Of a DNA stretch of 64,000 bases, positions 29,301 through 38,393 are shown in pieces (within the stretch, counting starts at the first letter, position 1; each line of letters starts with the position of its first letter). The notes below the pieces were generated by a model. It did no database searches, had not been told where the DNA came from, and saw only the letters and a program-made list of their open reading frames with translations. The stretch is from an uncultured Erysipelotrichaceae bacterium (lineage in GTDB: Bacteria; Bacillota_I; Bacilli_A; RFN20; CAG-826): assembly GCA_900314865.1 (NCBI GenBank), contig OMWW01000002.1, forward strand, positions 66,136-130,135, read 5' to 3'. A program made the position numbers and the translations under genes.

Positions 29301-29545
29301 TCTTCATTTGGATTATAAGTAGACATTTTAGAAATATCTTCTTTTTCGCCTTCTTTAATCTTTTCAACAAGACCTTTCTGAGAAACTAAATAAATAGTTT
29401 CCAACATAGCGTTGTATTCAGCTTCAGAGATAATAACTGCGTTTCCATTTTTTGTGTTCACAGTGATGGAGTCATTAAACTCAATGACGTTATCAATAGA
29501 ACTAAAGAGATTTTTTCTCAAAACAGAAATATTTGTAACTGCCAT
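29294..29545 (-). CDS. yefM: YefM/Phd family antitoxin.
   Basis: MAVTNISVLRKNLFSSIDNV...AVIISEAEYNAMLETIYL, the canonical YefM sequence. It overlaps the yoeB start. Confidence 0.85.
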   Translation of the reverse strand: MAVTNISVLRKNLFSSIDNVIEFNDSITVNTKNGNAVIISEAEYNAMLETIYLVSQKGLVEKIKEGEKEDISKMSTYNPNEEW

Positions 29546-29740
29546 AAGCTTTTCCTCCTGATTTCATTATACATAATTTATGTACGTAATCAAGTACAAT
29601 TGTTCTCTTTTATGTACATATAATTATCCAGTGGAGGACGTCAACTTAGCTAGTTTTACTATGGCTTCTTAACTATCTCGTACCAATTAACCTAAATGGT
29701 TCAGGCTTAGGTTTAGTGTAAATATATTCAATGAACATCA

Positions 29741-29770
29741 AAAAAGCGCCGGATTTATTCCGGCGTTTCT
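29741..29770. terminator. Intrinsic terminator of the ABC exporter operon.
   Basis: AAAAAGCGCCGGATTTATTCCGGCGTTTCTTTCTTTTT. Confidence 0.6.
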
Positions 29771-29793
29771 TTCTTTTTGGGTTTAAAACTCTA

Positions 29794-31581
29794 TTAATTG
29801 AATTGAGAGTTATAGATTTCGCTATATAGACCACCAAGTTTCATTAAGGAATCATGGGTTCCGGTTTCAACGATGTTACCATCTTTCATGACAAAGATGA
29901 GATCAGCGTTTTTAATGGTGGAAAGTCTATGAGCAATAACAAAGCTTGTTCTTCCTTTGGTCAAGGAGTCCATTGCTTTTTGAATCAAGATTTCGGTTCT
30001 AGTATCAACGTTACTAGTCGCTTCATCTAAGATAAGCATTGGAGCGTTTTCAGTCATCGCTCTTGCAATAGTCACTAATTGTTTTTGACCAGCGGATAAG
30101 GCACTTTCTTTTTGAATAATGGTGTCTAATCCTTGTGGTAAGGTCTCAACATAGTGGGCTAAGTTAGTCTCTTCAAGAATTTCTTTGAGTCGATTTTCAT
30201 CAACGTTCTTCAAGTTATAGACAATGTTTTCTCTTAATGAACCATTGATAACCCAAGTTTCTTGTAAGATCATTCCGAAGACGTCACGGAGTTCCGCTCT
30301 CGACATCTCTTTGATTGATTTACCATCCACTAAGATATCACCACTAGTGAGTTCATAGAATCTCATTAATAAGTTCACTAATGTGGTTTTACCAGCGCCG
30401 GTAGGACCAATAATTGCCACTTTCATACCAGGTTGAATCTTACCAGAGAAGTGTTTGATGGTAAGTTTACTTGGATCATAACCAAAGCACACATCTTTGA
30501 ATTCAACTTCACCACGGATATGAGAGTGATCAAGTAAGACTGGTTTATAACTATCATCATCAAGTTCTGGTTGTTCTAAGAGGTTGAAGACACGGTTACA
30601 AGCAGCGGTACCAAGTTGAATGGTTGAGCTGGCTTGGCCGATTTGCGCGAGTGGTTCTTGGAACAAGGAAACATAGATAATAAATCCAGTAATAATACCG
30701 ATATCGGAAATTTTGCCATTGGCGAATAATAAACCACCAGTAATCAAAACTGCCGCGTAAGTTAAGTAAGAAACAAAGGACATTGCAGGTTCAATTAATC
30801 CACCGATAGCTTGAGATTTGTATAAAACTGAACCAAGGACATTGTTCTTTTCTTTGAATTCTTCAATCTTCATATTTTCAGCATTGAAGGCTTTAATAAC
30901 GAGTTGTCCAGAATAGTTCTCTTCAACCGCAGCGTTAACATCACCAAGGACCTGTTGAGTCTTATCAAATAATGGTAAGGCTTTCTTAAAGGTCAATAAG
31001 ATGATAACTAACATAATTGGTAAGGAGCAAAGGACCACAAACGCCATTTGCCAGCAAGCGATGAACATGGCGATTAAAACACCAATTAACATGACGCCAG
31101 ATTGAACTAACATACTGACTGAGTTTTGTAAGGATGTTGATAAGGTATCAACGTCGTTAGTCATAACAGAGAGGATGTCACCGGTTTGAGTGGTGTCAAA
31201 GAAGTTAAGTGGCATCTTGTTGATTTTTTGAGAAATATCTCTTCTTAAATCCTTAGAGAATTTTTGAATAATAGTGTTAAGGATAAAGGCAGAAGCAAAT
31301 CCACCGATGAAGGATATAGCAATATAAATAATTAATATAGTTGCGTAATGGAGAACGCCATCTAAATTAACATAGAAACGTCCATCAAATATCGCAGCAG
31401 GATTTGGAACTAATTGGTTAGTTAAATTACGGACTGTTCCTGGAGTCAAAATTGTGAATACTACGGAAGTAATAAGTAAGATGATAGAAATAGCAAAAGG
31501 AATGTAGTATTTACGGAAAGCTTTTACGAGGCTGCCAAGTTTATTTTTTTCTTTACGAGCAGCTTTTAATTTTTCACTCAT
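29794..31581 (-). CDS. ABC exporter permease/ATPase fusion, heterodimeric multidrug-type, subunit B.
   Basis: Six TM helices plus an NBD with Walker A (GPTGAGKTT), signature (LSAGQKQ) and Walker B (ILDEATS). Confidence 0.85.
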   Translation of the reverse strand: MSEKLKAARKEKNKLGSLVKAFRKYYIPFAISIILLITSVVFTILTPGTVRNLTNQLVPNPAAIFDGRFYVNLDGVLHYATILIIYIAISFIGGFASAFILNTIIQKFSKDLRRDISQKINKMPLNFFDTTQTGDILSVMTNDVDTLSTSLQNSVSMLVQSGVMLIGVLIAMFIACWQMAFVVLCSLPIMLVIILLTFKKALPLFDKTQQVLGDVNAAVEENYSGQLVIKAFNAENMKIEEFKEKNNVLGSVLYKSQAIGGLIEPAMSFVSYLTYAAVLITGGLLFANGKISDIGIITGFIIYVSLFQEPLAQIGQASSTIQLGTAACNRVFNLLEQPELDDDSYKPVLLDHSHIRGEVEFKDVCFGYDPSKLTIKHFSGKIQPGMKVAIIGPTGAGKTTLVNLLMRFYELTSGDILVDGKSIKEMSRAELRDVFGMILQETWVINGSLRENIVYNLKNVDENRLKEILEETNLAHYVETLPQGLDTIIQKESALSAGQKQLVTIARAMTENAPMLILDEATSNVDTRTEILIQKAMDSLTKGRTSFVIAHRLSTIKNADLIFVMKDGNIVETGTHDSLMKLGGLYSEIYNSQFN

Positions 31582-33326
31582 AATCCTAATTCCTCCTTAC
31601 TTAATTGAGATAACGCAATTTCTTGGTAAACTGGGCAATTTCTCACTAAATCATAGTGTTTGCCAATACCAACCATCTTGCCGTGATCTAAAACGACGAT
31701 TTGGTCTGCGTCCATAATCGTACCAACACGTTGAGCAATAATAACACGGGTGGTGTTTGGAAGTTTTTCAGCAATACGACCTCTGACAACTTTATCAGTC
31801 TTATAGTCAAGAGCAGAGAAAGAATCATCAAAGATTAAGATTTCTGGTTTGGTAGCTACTGCTCTAGCGATACATAATCTTTGTTTTTGTCCACCAGAGA
31901 AGTTCATACCACCTTGAGCGACTTCAGAATCATAGCCATTACGTTTATTCATGACGAAGCCGTCCGCATCGGCGATTTCGGCTGCCCATCTGACATCTGC
32001 TAAAGTCATATCTGGATTCTTAAAGGCGATATTGTCTTTGATAATACCTTTAAAGAGGAAGCCTCTTTGTGGAGCGTAACCAATACGATCTCTTAAATCT
32101 TTTTGAAGAACGTCTTTAACGTTAACCCCATCCACTAAAACTTCTCCACTTGTGGCGTCTGCCATACGTGGAATCATATTAATAATTGTGGTTTTACCAC
32201 TACCAGTTGCACCGATAAAGGCAATGGTCTCGCCTTGTTTCACTTTAAAGGAAATATTAGAGACCGCTTCTTTTTCACTGCCAGGATAAGCAAAACCAAC
32301 GTTTTTAAATTCAATTGTACCTTTTTCTTTGAATTCCACTGGATGATCGGTATCTAAAATTGAGACATCGTGGTCGATAACTTCTTGAATACGTTTCGCA
32401 CAGACAGAAGCTCTTGGCCAGATAACGATAAGAGTGATAATAAGAATGAAGGACATAACGATTTGGCTAGCAAGCATAACGAAGGCATTAGTAGAACTAA
32501 AGGCCGCGGCTGCAGGTGCTACTTCCATACCGTTAATTGTATAAGCACTAACCCATAAGATACATAGTGTTAAGCCCATCATAACCATCATTACGAATGG
32601 TGTGAAGAATGCTAAAACACGACCTGTAAAGATTTGCACTTTTGTAAATTGAGCGTTAACTTCTTCAAATTTACCTTCTTGGTATTTCTCGGCATTGAAC
32701 GCTCTAACGACTCTAACACCAGTTAAGTTTTCTCTTGAAGAGATGTTGAGGTAATCAGTTAATTTTTGAACAATCTTATATTTTGGTGTCACCATCATTA
32801 ATAGAATGGCAACAACCGCCACTAATAAGAAAACCCAAATAGCGGTAACAATGGTTAATGAAGAATTAGCCTTTTGCACCAAAAGAACGATTGACCACAC
32901 CAAAGTAATTGGAGCGACAAACGCTGTCTTTAAGAATGTTAACCAAGCAAGGTGAACATTTTGGATATCGTTAGTGGTTCTAGTAATTAAGGACTCTGTT
33001 GAAAAAGAAGCGAAATCAGAAAGAGCAAATTCATTAGCTCTCTCATAGAGCTTCTCTCTTAAAGAAGTGACTGTACTACTAGCTGCCGCACTAGCGACAA
33101 AACGAATAATAACTTCGACTACTGCCATACATACTGCACAAATAACCATGTATAAGCCATAACGCCAAATCGCATCGACGTTTTGCTCACCCACTGATTT
33201 TGTAAGCAGTTCGATGTTCTGAACAATCGTCATCATGAAGAAAACCTGGCCAAAGGTCAAAATAAAAATCACTACGACCGCGATCCAGTTCTTTGCCTTC
33301 ATGTTTTTGAAAAGTAACTTGAACAT
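31578..33326 (-). CDS. ABC exporter permease/ATPase fusion, subunit A. No C39 peptidase domain.
   Basis: GATGSGKTT, FSGGQKQR, ILIFDDSFSALD. It overlaps the partner gene by 4 nt. Confidence 0.85.
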   Translation of the reverse strand: MFKLLFKNMKAKNWIAVVVIFILTFGQVFFMMTIVQNIELLTKSVGEQNVDAIWRYGLYMVICAVCMAVVEVIIRFVASAAASSTVTSLREKLYERANEFALSDFASFSTESLITRTTNDIQNVHLAWLTFLKTAFVAPITLVWSIVLLVQKANSSLTIVTAIWVFLLVAVVAILLMMVTPKYKIVQKLTDYLNISSRENLTGVRVVRAFNAEKYQEGKFEEVNAQFTKVQIFTGRVLAFFTPFVMMVMMGLTLCILWVSAYTINGMEVAPAAAAFSSTNAFVMLASQIVMSFILIITLIVIWPRASVCAKRIQEVIDHDVSILDTDHPVEFKEKGTIEFKNVGFAYPGSEKEAVSNISFKVKQGETIAFIGATGSGKTTIINMIPRMADATSGEVLVDGVNVKDVLQKDLRDRIGYAPQRGFLFKGIIKDNIAFKNPDMTLADVRWAAEIADADGFVMNKRNGYDSEVAQGGMNFSGGQKQRLCIARAVATKPEILIFDDSFSALDYKTDKVVRGRIAEKLPNTTRVIIAQRVGTIMDADQIVVLDHGKMVGIGKHYDLVRNCPVYQEIALSQLSKEELGL

Positions 33327-33587
33327 AACTTCTCCTTTTTAAAAAAATGTAGGTATTATTTTAGAAGAAAGAAAGATTATTCATAATCTCTTTTATTCTT
33401 CTACAAACTAAAAAAATTATATAGAGATATAAGGTGTTTTTCAATTTAATAAATTACAAAAACAAAAAGTCGTCCTCAAGGACGAGTTATTAAACGCGCA
33501 CAAATTCTTTGTATATCATACAAAATCTAAGAAAATGCCTCCTCAAAGGAAAGGACAAACAATATGTTTCGATTAGTGCAACAAAAA

Positions 33588-33612
33588 ACCGAGTTCGACT
33601 CGGTAATTTTTT
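33588..33612. terminator. Bidirectional terminator hairpin after the peptide gene.
   Basis: AAAAAACCGAGTTCGACTCGGTAATTTTTTT. Confidence 0.5.
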
Positions 33613-33615
33613 TAA

Positions 33616-33912
33616 TTAATTTTCAAGATTTTTGTTCACTGTGATTTTGTTGCAGTACTTGCATCTATACCATGCGTCTGACACTTTTTCCATACAGTGT
33701 CTATTGAGACATTCTGGACATTGCATATTGTCAATTTCATACCATTCTTTTGATTTACCACATCCACCATTAATAGCGGATAGTTGCTCGTCGGTGAGTT
33801 CAACACCTTCATCTTTGGCAAGTTTAAATAGTTCTTCTTGACCATTACACGCTTTGACTTTTGCGATTTGTTCTTCAGTTAAACCTTTTAATAATTCTTG
33901 TTTCATATTCAA
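33616..33912 (-). CDS. Nif11/NHLP-like-leader peptide precursor with a Cys-rich C-terminal core (putative RiPP, bacteriocin or zinc-ribbon peptide).
   Basis: The leader LTEEQIAKVKACNGQEELFKLAKDEGVELTDEQLSAINGG resembles the Nif11-type leader family (LAKEAGFEFTAEEL...ELEAVAGG) and ends in a double-Gly. The core after GG contains 7 Cys: CGKSKEWYEIDNMQCPECLNRHCMEKVSDAWYRCKYCNKI. Confidence 0.5.
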   Translation of the reverse strand: MNMKQELLKGLTEEQIAKVKACNGQEELFKLAKDEGVELTDEQLSAINGGCGKSKEWYEIDNMQCPECLNRHCMEKVSDAWYRCKYCNKITVNKNLEN

Positions 33913-33946
33913 AGTTCTCCGTTATTAATTGTATGTTACCATAGTG

Positions 33947-33968
33947 GTTGCCACAGAAGTGCCACACA
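33947..33968 (-). promoter_or_regulatory. Tandem direct-repeat promoter motif (minus strand TGTGTGGCAC-TTC-TGTGGCAAC-N8-TAACAT).
   Basis: The same architecture (two ~8-bp TGTGRYRC repeats 11 bp apart, then 8 nt, then a -10 hexamer) recurs upstream of the genes starting at 36353 and 43822. Confidence 0.45.
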
Positions 33969-33996
33969 AAAAAGCCGCCCGCTAGGACGACTTAAT
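33967..33996 (-). terminator. Intrinsic terminator for the minus-strand gene 34025..34696.
   Basis: AAAAAAGCCGCCCGCTAGGACGACTTAAT. The plus-strand C/A mismatches become G-U pairs in the minus-strand RNA. Confidence 0.5.
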
Positions 33997-34024
33997 ATGC
34001 ATTCAATTTTAAGAATGAAAATAA

Positions 34025-34696
34025 TTAGATATTAAACACATCTCCTGGAGAAACGATTGCTAATACAGGTTCATTTCTTAAACCGTGTTCAGTAATGAAT
34101 ATTAAAGCGCATCTTTTGTGATCTTTGTTATAGCCAATAAAATATTGTTTGGCGTCAAAAGCAAAGGTGTCTCTCGCCAAGAAAAGATAATATAAATCTT
34201 TACTGTTATTAATATCGAACTTATCTTTAAAATCTTCAATAATGTATGTTTTATCTTCGTCGTATTCTTCGTTAGCTAGAATGGAGAATATTGTTCGCAT
34301 AGAAACAACATACCTTACACATCCTTTGTCATCAAAGATTGGAACATTGGTGATGTGATGATGATCCATAAAACGCATAGCGTGTGATACATCAGTGTCA
34401 GGCGATAGTGTTTTAATATTATCTTTTTTAATTCCTACATCGTACGCTTTTACAACCAATTTATTTATTATTTCTTCTAGTGTTTCTAGTACATAATCAG
34501 CGACGTGAAAAGGAAAATCACCATTAACTTTTGGGGTGTGTGTCAAACAATTACGGATATGTCTTAAAGCATTGAATTCGACAAAGTGTTGTTTTTTGAT
34601 CATCTCAAAGCGATGAGGATCATTTTCTTCGATATATTCAAATGTCTTATACTCATCTAGGAATTTTTGCGTTATTTCAGCGTTATATGTAGCCAT
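34025..34696 (-). CDS. Putative HEPN-like (RNxxxH) domain protein fused to a CBS domain. Function unknown, possibly a ligand-gated RNase or Abi-like protein.
   Basis: FNALRHIRNCLTHTP contains an R-N-x3-H motif typical of HEPN nucleases. The C-terminal IKTLSPDTDVSHAMRFMDHHHITNVPIFDDKGCVRYVVSMRTIF matches the CBS domain pattern. Confidence 0.35.
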   Translation of the reverse strand: MATYNAEITQKFLDEYKTFEYIEENDPHRFEMIKKQHFVEFNALRHIRNCLTHTPKVNGDFPFHVADYVLETLEEIINKLVVKAYDVGIKKDNIKTLSPDTDVSHAMRFMDHHHITNVPIFDDKGCVRYVVSMRTIFSILANEEYDEDKTYIIEDFKDKFDINNSKDLYYLFLARDTFAFDAKQYFIGYNKDHKRCALIFITEHGLRNEPVLAIVSPGDVFNI

Positions 34697-34800
34697 AAAT
34701 CAACATATCCCTTCTATAAATAAATTTTAATCTTTTTTTAAAAGAAAAGCGCACAAATTCTTCTACAACATAAACTTTAAAGGCCAAGTAATTCATCAAA

Positions 34801-34830
34801 AAAAGCCGCCACTGTGGGCGACTTAATTTG
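34801..34830 (-). terminator. Intrinsic terminator for the gene at 34863..36353.
   Basis: AAAAGCCGCCACTGTGGGCGACTTAATTT. Confidence 0.5.
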
Positions 34831-34862
34831 TACAACTAGACATCGTCTAGCTATTTTGCATT

Positions 34863-36353
34863 TTATTGTTCGAGCTGAGGAATTTCAACTTTGTAGTGAA
34901 CCACTAACCTTTTGACCTTAAAGAAGTTAACGTTACTAATATTATCAGGAATACTGATTTTGATTTCGTCTTTTGTAAAGCTATCGATATAGAATTTAGA
35001 AATCTTTTCGTTGTCAGTATCATCGATATTTAATTTGGTATGGGCAAAATTGCCACCAGTAATTGAAAGATCATCTCTTGCGCCCACTTCACTCATATCG
35101 AGCACTAATTCAATGCAGCTAACTTTATCAGGATCGAAGTCTTTGACATCAACCTTATCTTGGTTGCCTTTTCCGTCCGCTTTATAGTATTTACTATAAT
35201 TTTTGTTTAAGCGTAAATAAGGAGTTAGGGCAGATGTGCCTCTAGCGTGTTGATGCCATAAATCATCTTCATCATAGCTTTGAGTTTCACAATGGCCTTT
35301 TCCACTAATGGTGTCAACATAACTTTCGAGATCATAATATGCGCCATCATAAGATTTAACGAATGTATCAGTTTCTTCTTCACGCCACACCATATTATCA
35401 AGCCATTTTTCTTGATAGCATAGTCTAACACCTTGTCTAAAAGTTTCACTTGGTGCTTCGATAAATTCTGCAACAAACTTATAAACACCGTCTTGTTCAG
35501 TTACGAACGTGTAATCAGCATCGGTGCTAATGATTTGTTCGCTGCCATTTAAATGCCATCCCTTAAAGAGACAGAAATTATCATTTTGATAATTATAGAA
35601 TGGGTAAGCATGAATTGTGACAGAAGTTCCATTAGCGACAACTTTATAGCCTTTATTATTCGCTACCGCATTATCGATAGCAACATTGCCTTTTGAGGAA
35701 TCAGAACTCGTTACACTGACATAGGTTTTCGTGCTTTCGCAACTAAAATAATATTTAACAGAATCGATTACCCATGTATTGCCACTATAGAAATAGTCTT
35801 TGTTACCAATATAATAATAAGCACTACCTTCTCTATCAAAACCACTACCTGTGTTTATAACATAAGTGTAATCATATTCTTTTACAGAATGAATACTACT
35901 TGTAGCATTTGTCAGAGTGTCCTTATCTAAATTAGCCATATCAGGATCGGCAAGATAATAGACATATAATGCATAGTAATACCCTAAACTTGTGCCACTC
36001 AGATAATGGCCAGTGATATCCATTCTTGTGACACCTCTAAGTGGGGTTTCGTTGATTAAATAATCATTAGCGCTTGTCATTTCTAGAGCAACACCCTCTT
36101 TAGTGGAAGGAGCTGATTTCGTTTTAAAAACTATATCATTGCCAAGACCAGTTTTAAACGTACCTCTATACACATCTCCATCTTGCACAAAGTTAGATTT
36201 ATTTGATGCGTCGATAGTTAATGTGTAATCATTCTCTGCACGAGTTCGAAGACTAATAAAGTCATTAGTACTCATAAAAGTAGCAATACCAATACATATT
36301 GATAAAGTTACTGTAGTAATAGTAGTAAGAGTGAATAAATCTTTCTTTTTCAT
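34863..36353 (-). CDS. Secreted or surface protein of unknown function.
   Basis: Start reassigned to ATG 36351-36353 (MKKKDLFTLTTITTVTLSICIGIATF..., a signal/anchor sequence) with SD GAGGT. The track's GTG-initiated N-terminal extension contains the promoter -10 TATAAT. Confidence 0.6.
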   Translation of the reverse strand: MKKKDLFTLTTITTVTLSICIGIATFMSTNDFISLRTRAENDYTLTIDASNKSNFVQDGDVYRGTFKTGLGNDIVFKTKSAPSTKEGVALEMTSANDYLINETPLRGVTRMDITGHYLSGTSLGYYYALYVYYLADPDMANLDKDTLTNATSSIHSVKEYDYTYVINTGSGFDREGSAYYYIGNKDYFYSGNTWVIDSVKYYFSCESTKTYVSVTSSDSSKGNVAIDNAVANNKGYKVVANGTSVTIHAYPFYNYQNDNFCLFKGWHLNGSEQIISTDADYTFVTEQDGVYKFVAEFIEAPSETFRQGVRLCYQEKWLDNMVWREEETDTFVKSYDGAYYDLESYVDTISGKGHCETQSYDEDDLWHQHARGTSALTPYLRLNKNYSKYYKADGKGNQDKVDVKDFDPDKVSCIELVLDMSEVGARDDLSITGGNFAHTKLNIDDTDNEKISKFYIDSFTKDEIKISIPDNISNVNFFKVKRLVVHYKVEIPQLEQ

Positions 36354-36383
36354 ATTATTTACCTCACACATATTATACGCGTG

Positions 36384-36404
36384 CTGTGTCACAAAAGTGT
36401 CACA
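36384..36404 (-). promoter_or_regulatory. Tandem direct-repeat promoter motif (TGTGACAC-TTT-TGTGACAC-N8-TATAAT).
   Basis: Seen directly in the minus-strand sequence. See the shared motif at 33947 and 43862. Confidence 0.45.
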
Positions 36405-36744
36405 AAAAAGGACGCCACTGTGGGCGACTTAATTTTTATTGATTTAGCCTAAATTTAGAGCCTTACCATATGTGTCGAATGATTCCTGTGAAAGGAGAGA
36501 AAGTATGAAAAATGATCAAGTGTTAGTAGATCTTAATTTGTGTTTTGTGTTTTGATTAATTAATTATTTGTGAGTAAGTTATCTATGTCAATTGTTGAAT
36601 AGAGATTTTTCGCGCTAGAAAAATGCGTTTTTATTATTTCTTTTCTCATTTTTTTACACTGAATCATACTAAATAAATAATTCCTTGAATTACGAAGTTA
36701 AAAGTTATATAACTTTAGATACTTTGTTTAGGAGAGTGAATACT

Positions 36745-38019
36745 ATGAAAATTAGAAATATCATTGCTACTTCGTTATTAGGGCTCATATCTATTGCTGG
36801 ATTATCTTCTTTATTAATCAATAAGACTAATAAACCAGTTATCGCTAAAGCAGAAGATGAAGTAACCATGAAAAGAACCTATGTCGGAATTGATCGAGAT
36901 GGAAAAATGGAGAACGCTGATCAATATTTAAATGCTGAAGGAGTTAAGGCGGTTGTTTGGTGTTTTACTGGAGATTTTAGTCTTACTGAATCAAACGGAG
37001 AATTATTTGATATCACTGTGATTGGTCCTCGACTTGGAATTACTGAATTACCAGTTAATCTTCCAAAAAGTAGAATCTTTAGAACTCCTATTTCCACTCC
37101 AGCAGGAATTACATCTCTAAAAGATGTCACTATTTATAATATGTCTAAAGAAGATATTATTAGATATGACTCTCCAAACACTATTACAGTAGGCGATTGG
37201 GATTATGCTACTTATACCCTCGGCATGAGAGATGAAAAATTTAAATTTATGCCATCAGGCACTACTGTTACTTTAGATCTCACTGAATGCGATATCAATT
37301 GGTTAGATGCTTACGCGACACATTATTTTGTAAGCTATTGTTATTTTGATTACATGTTTAGCTATACATCTATTTTTGTGAAAATGGAATTTGACACTAC
37401 ATTAAATAAATTAGTCGCAACTACCACTCAAGATATTTGGTGTACAGGTATTATCTTTACTAGAAACGATCCAAATGGAACTCCATATAGCTGGGAGTCA
37501 AAATGGAATCAAACCACTAATCAAGATGATGTAGAAAGTTCATGCAACTTCAAAATGTTAGAAGGCAAATTTGGAGATAATTATAACTGTGCCTCAGTAG
37601 ATGATATTGAACGTACTGAAATATACGCACAAAAGATATTAGATAAATTTACTTGTACCGGAGAAACTAGAAGCTTCTCTAACGATGATTGGGTTTATTT
37701 CTTCTTTGATTTACAATATGAATCTTATTCATTTAAAGATTTGCTTAAAACCTCAGTGGCTAAAGAAAGTTCTACTTATCTTAGAGAAGTAGCCTTATAT
37801 AGATATGACTATGTAGTTTTCTATAAAGATTATGGCTTATATGATTATATGGATAGAGGTAGCTCTCCAAATAAAGCCTTCTCAGCAAAGAACACATCCA
37901 CTAGTGGCGTCTTAAATGATTTGAGCTCTGATAGCACTCCAATATTAATTGTTGTTGCCGCTACTGCTACTTTATCATTAACCGCTTTACTTATTATCAA
38001 AAAGAAAAAAAGTAGATAA
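36745..38019 (+). CDS. Surface-anchored protein of unknown function.
   Basis: Start moved to MKIRNIIATSLLGLISIAGL (signal peptide; SD AGGAGAG). A C-terminal hydrophobic segment is followed by a KKKKSR tail, as in the nuclease. Confidence 0.6.
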   Translation: MKIRNIIATSLLGLISIAGLSSLLINKTNKPVIAKAEDEVTMKRTYVGIDRDGKMENADQYLNAEGVKAVVWCFTGDFSLTESNGELFDITVIGPRLGITELPVNLPKSRIFRTPISTPAGITSLKDVTIYNMSKEDIIRYDSPNTITVGDWDYATYTLGMRDEKFKFMPSGTTVTLDLTECDINWLDAYATHYFVSYCYFDYMFSYTSIFVKMEFDTTLNKLVATTTQDIWCTGIIFTRNDPNGTPYSWESKWNQTTNQDDVESSCNFKMLEGKFGDNYNCASVDDIERTEIYAQKILDKFTCTGETRSFSNDDWVYFFFDLQYESYSFKDLLKTSVAKESSTYLREVALYRYDYVVFYKDYGLYDYMDRGSSPNKAFSAKNTSTSGVLNDLSSDSTPILIVVAATATLSLTALLIIKKKKSR

Positions 38020-38027
38020 TACAAATT

Positions 38028-38058
38028 AGAAATAAAACGCGCGGACATCCGTGCGTTT
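38028..38058 (+). terminator. Intrinsic terminator.
   Basis: AAAACGCGCGGACATCCGTGCGTTTTTTTATT. Confidence 0.55.
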
Positions 38059-38393
38059 TTTTATTGCAATAGATATCCACCAGACAGTCCGGTGATTTTT
38101 CATAGTCGGGCAGATATTAGCCCTCTTTGATACACATTTCTCTATTTAAATAGTCACTATACCAAGATACTTCTTCGTATTCCAAAGTGCAATTCCAAAG
38201 TGCAATTACTCAATTTTGCCCTTTGGGATAAAGTGTTTTTGTTATAAAAAGCCGCCCATTATAGACGACTTAATTTACATTGATTTACAGTTTTGTATAA
38301 AATCACTTTTCGTATTATGCCGCACTTTCATCCCTTCGCGAGCCCCTGAAATGTACAAAAAAGATCTACCCTTCGATAGATCCTTTAATGTAA

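Noticed and set aside
33574-33612. tRNA-like GTTCGA-containing hairpin (CCGAGTTCGACTCGG).
   Set aside because: It has no acceptor-stem complementarity, D-arm or anticodon arm. It is flanked by A-run and T-run, so it is a terminator hairpin rather than a tRNA.
36384-36404. CRP/FNR-like TGTGA...TCACA site.
   Set aside because: The half-sites are direct (TGTGACAC...TGTGACAC) rather than inverted with N6 spacing, so this is not a canonical CRP box. It is reported instead as a tandem direct-repeat motif.
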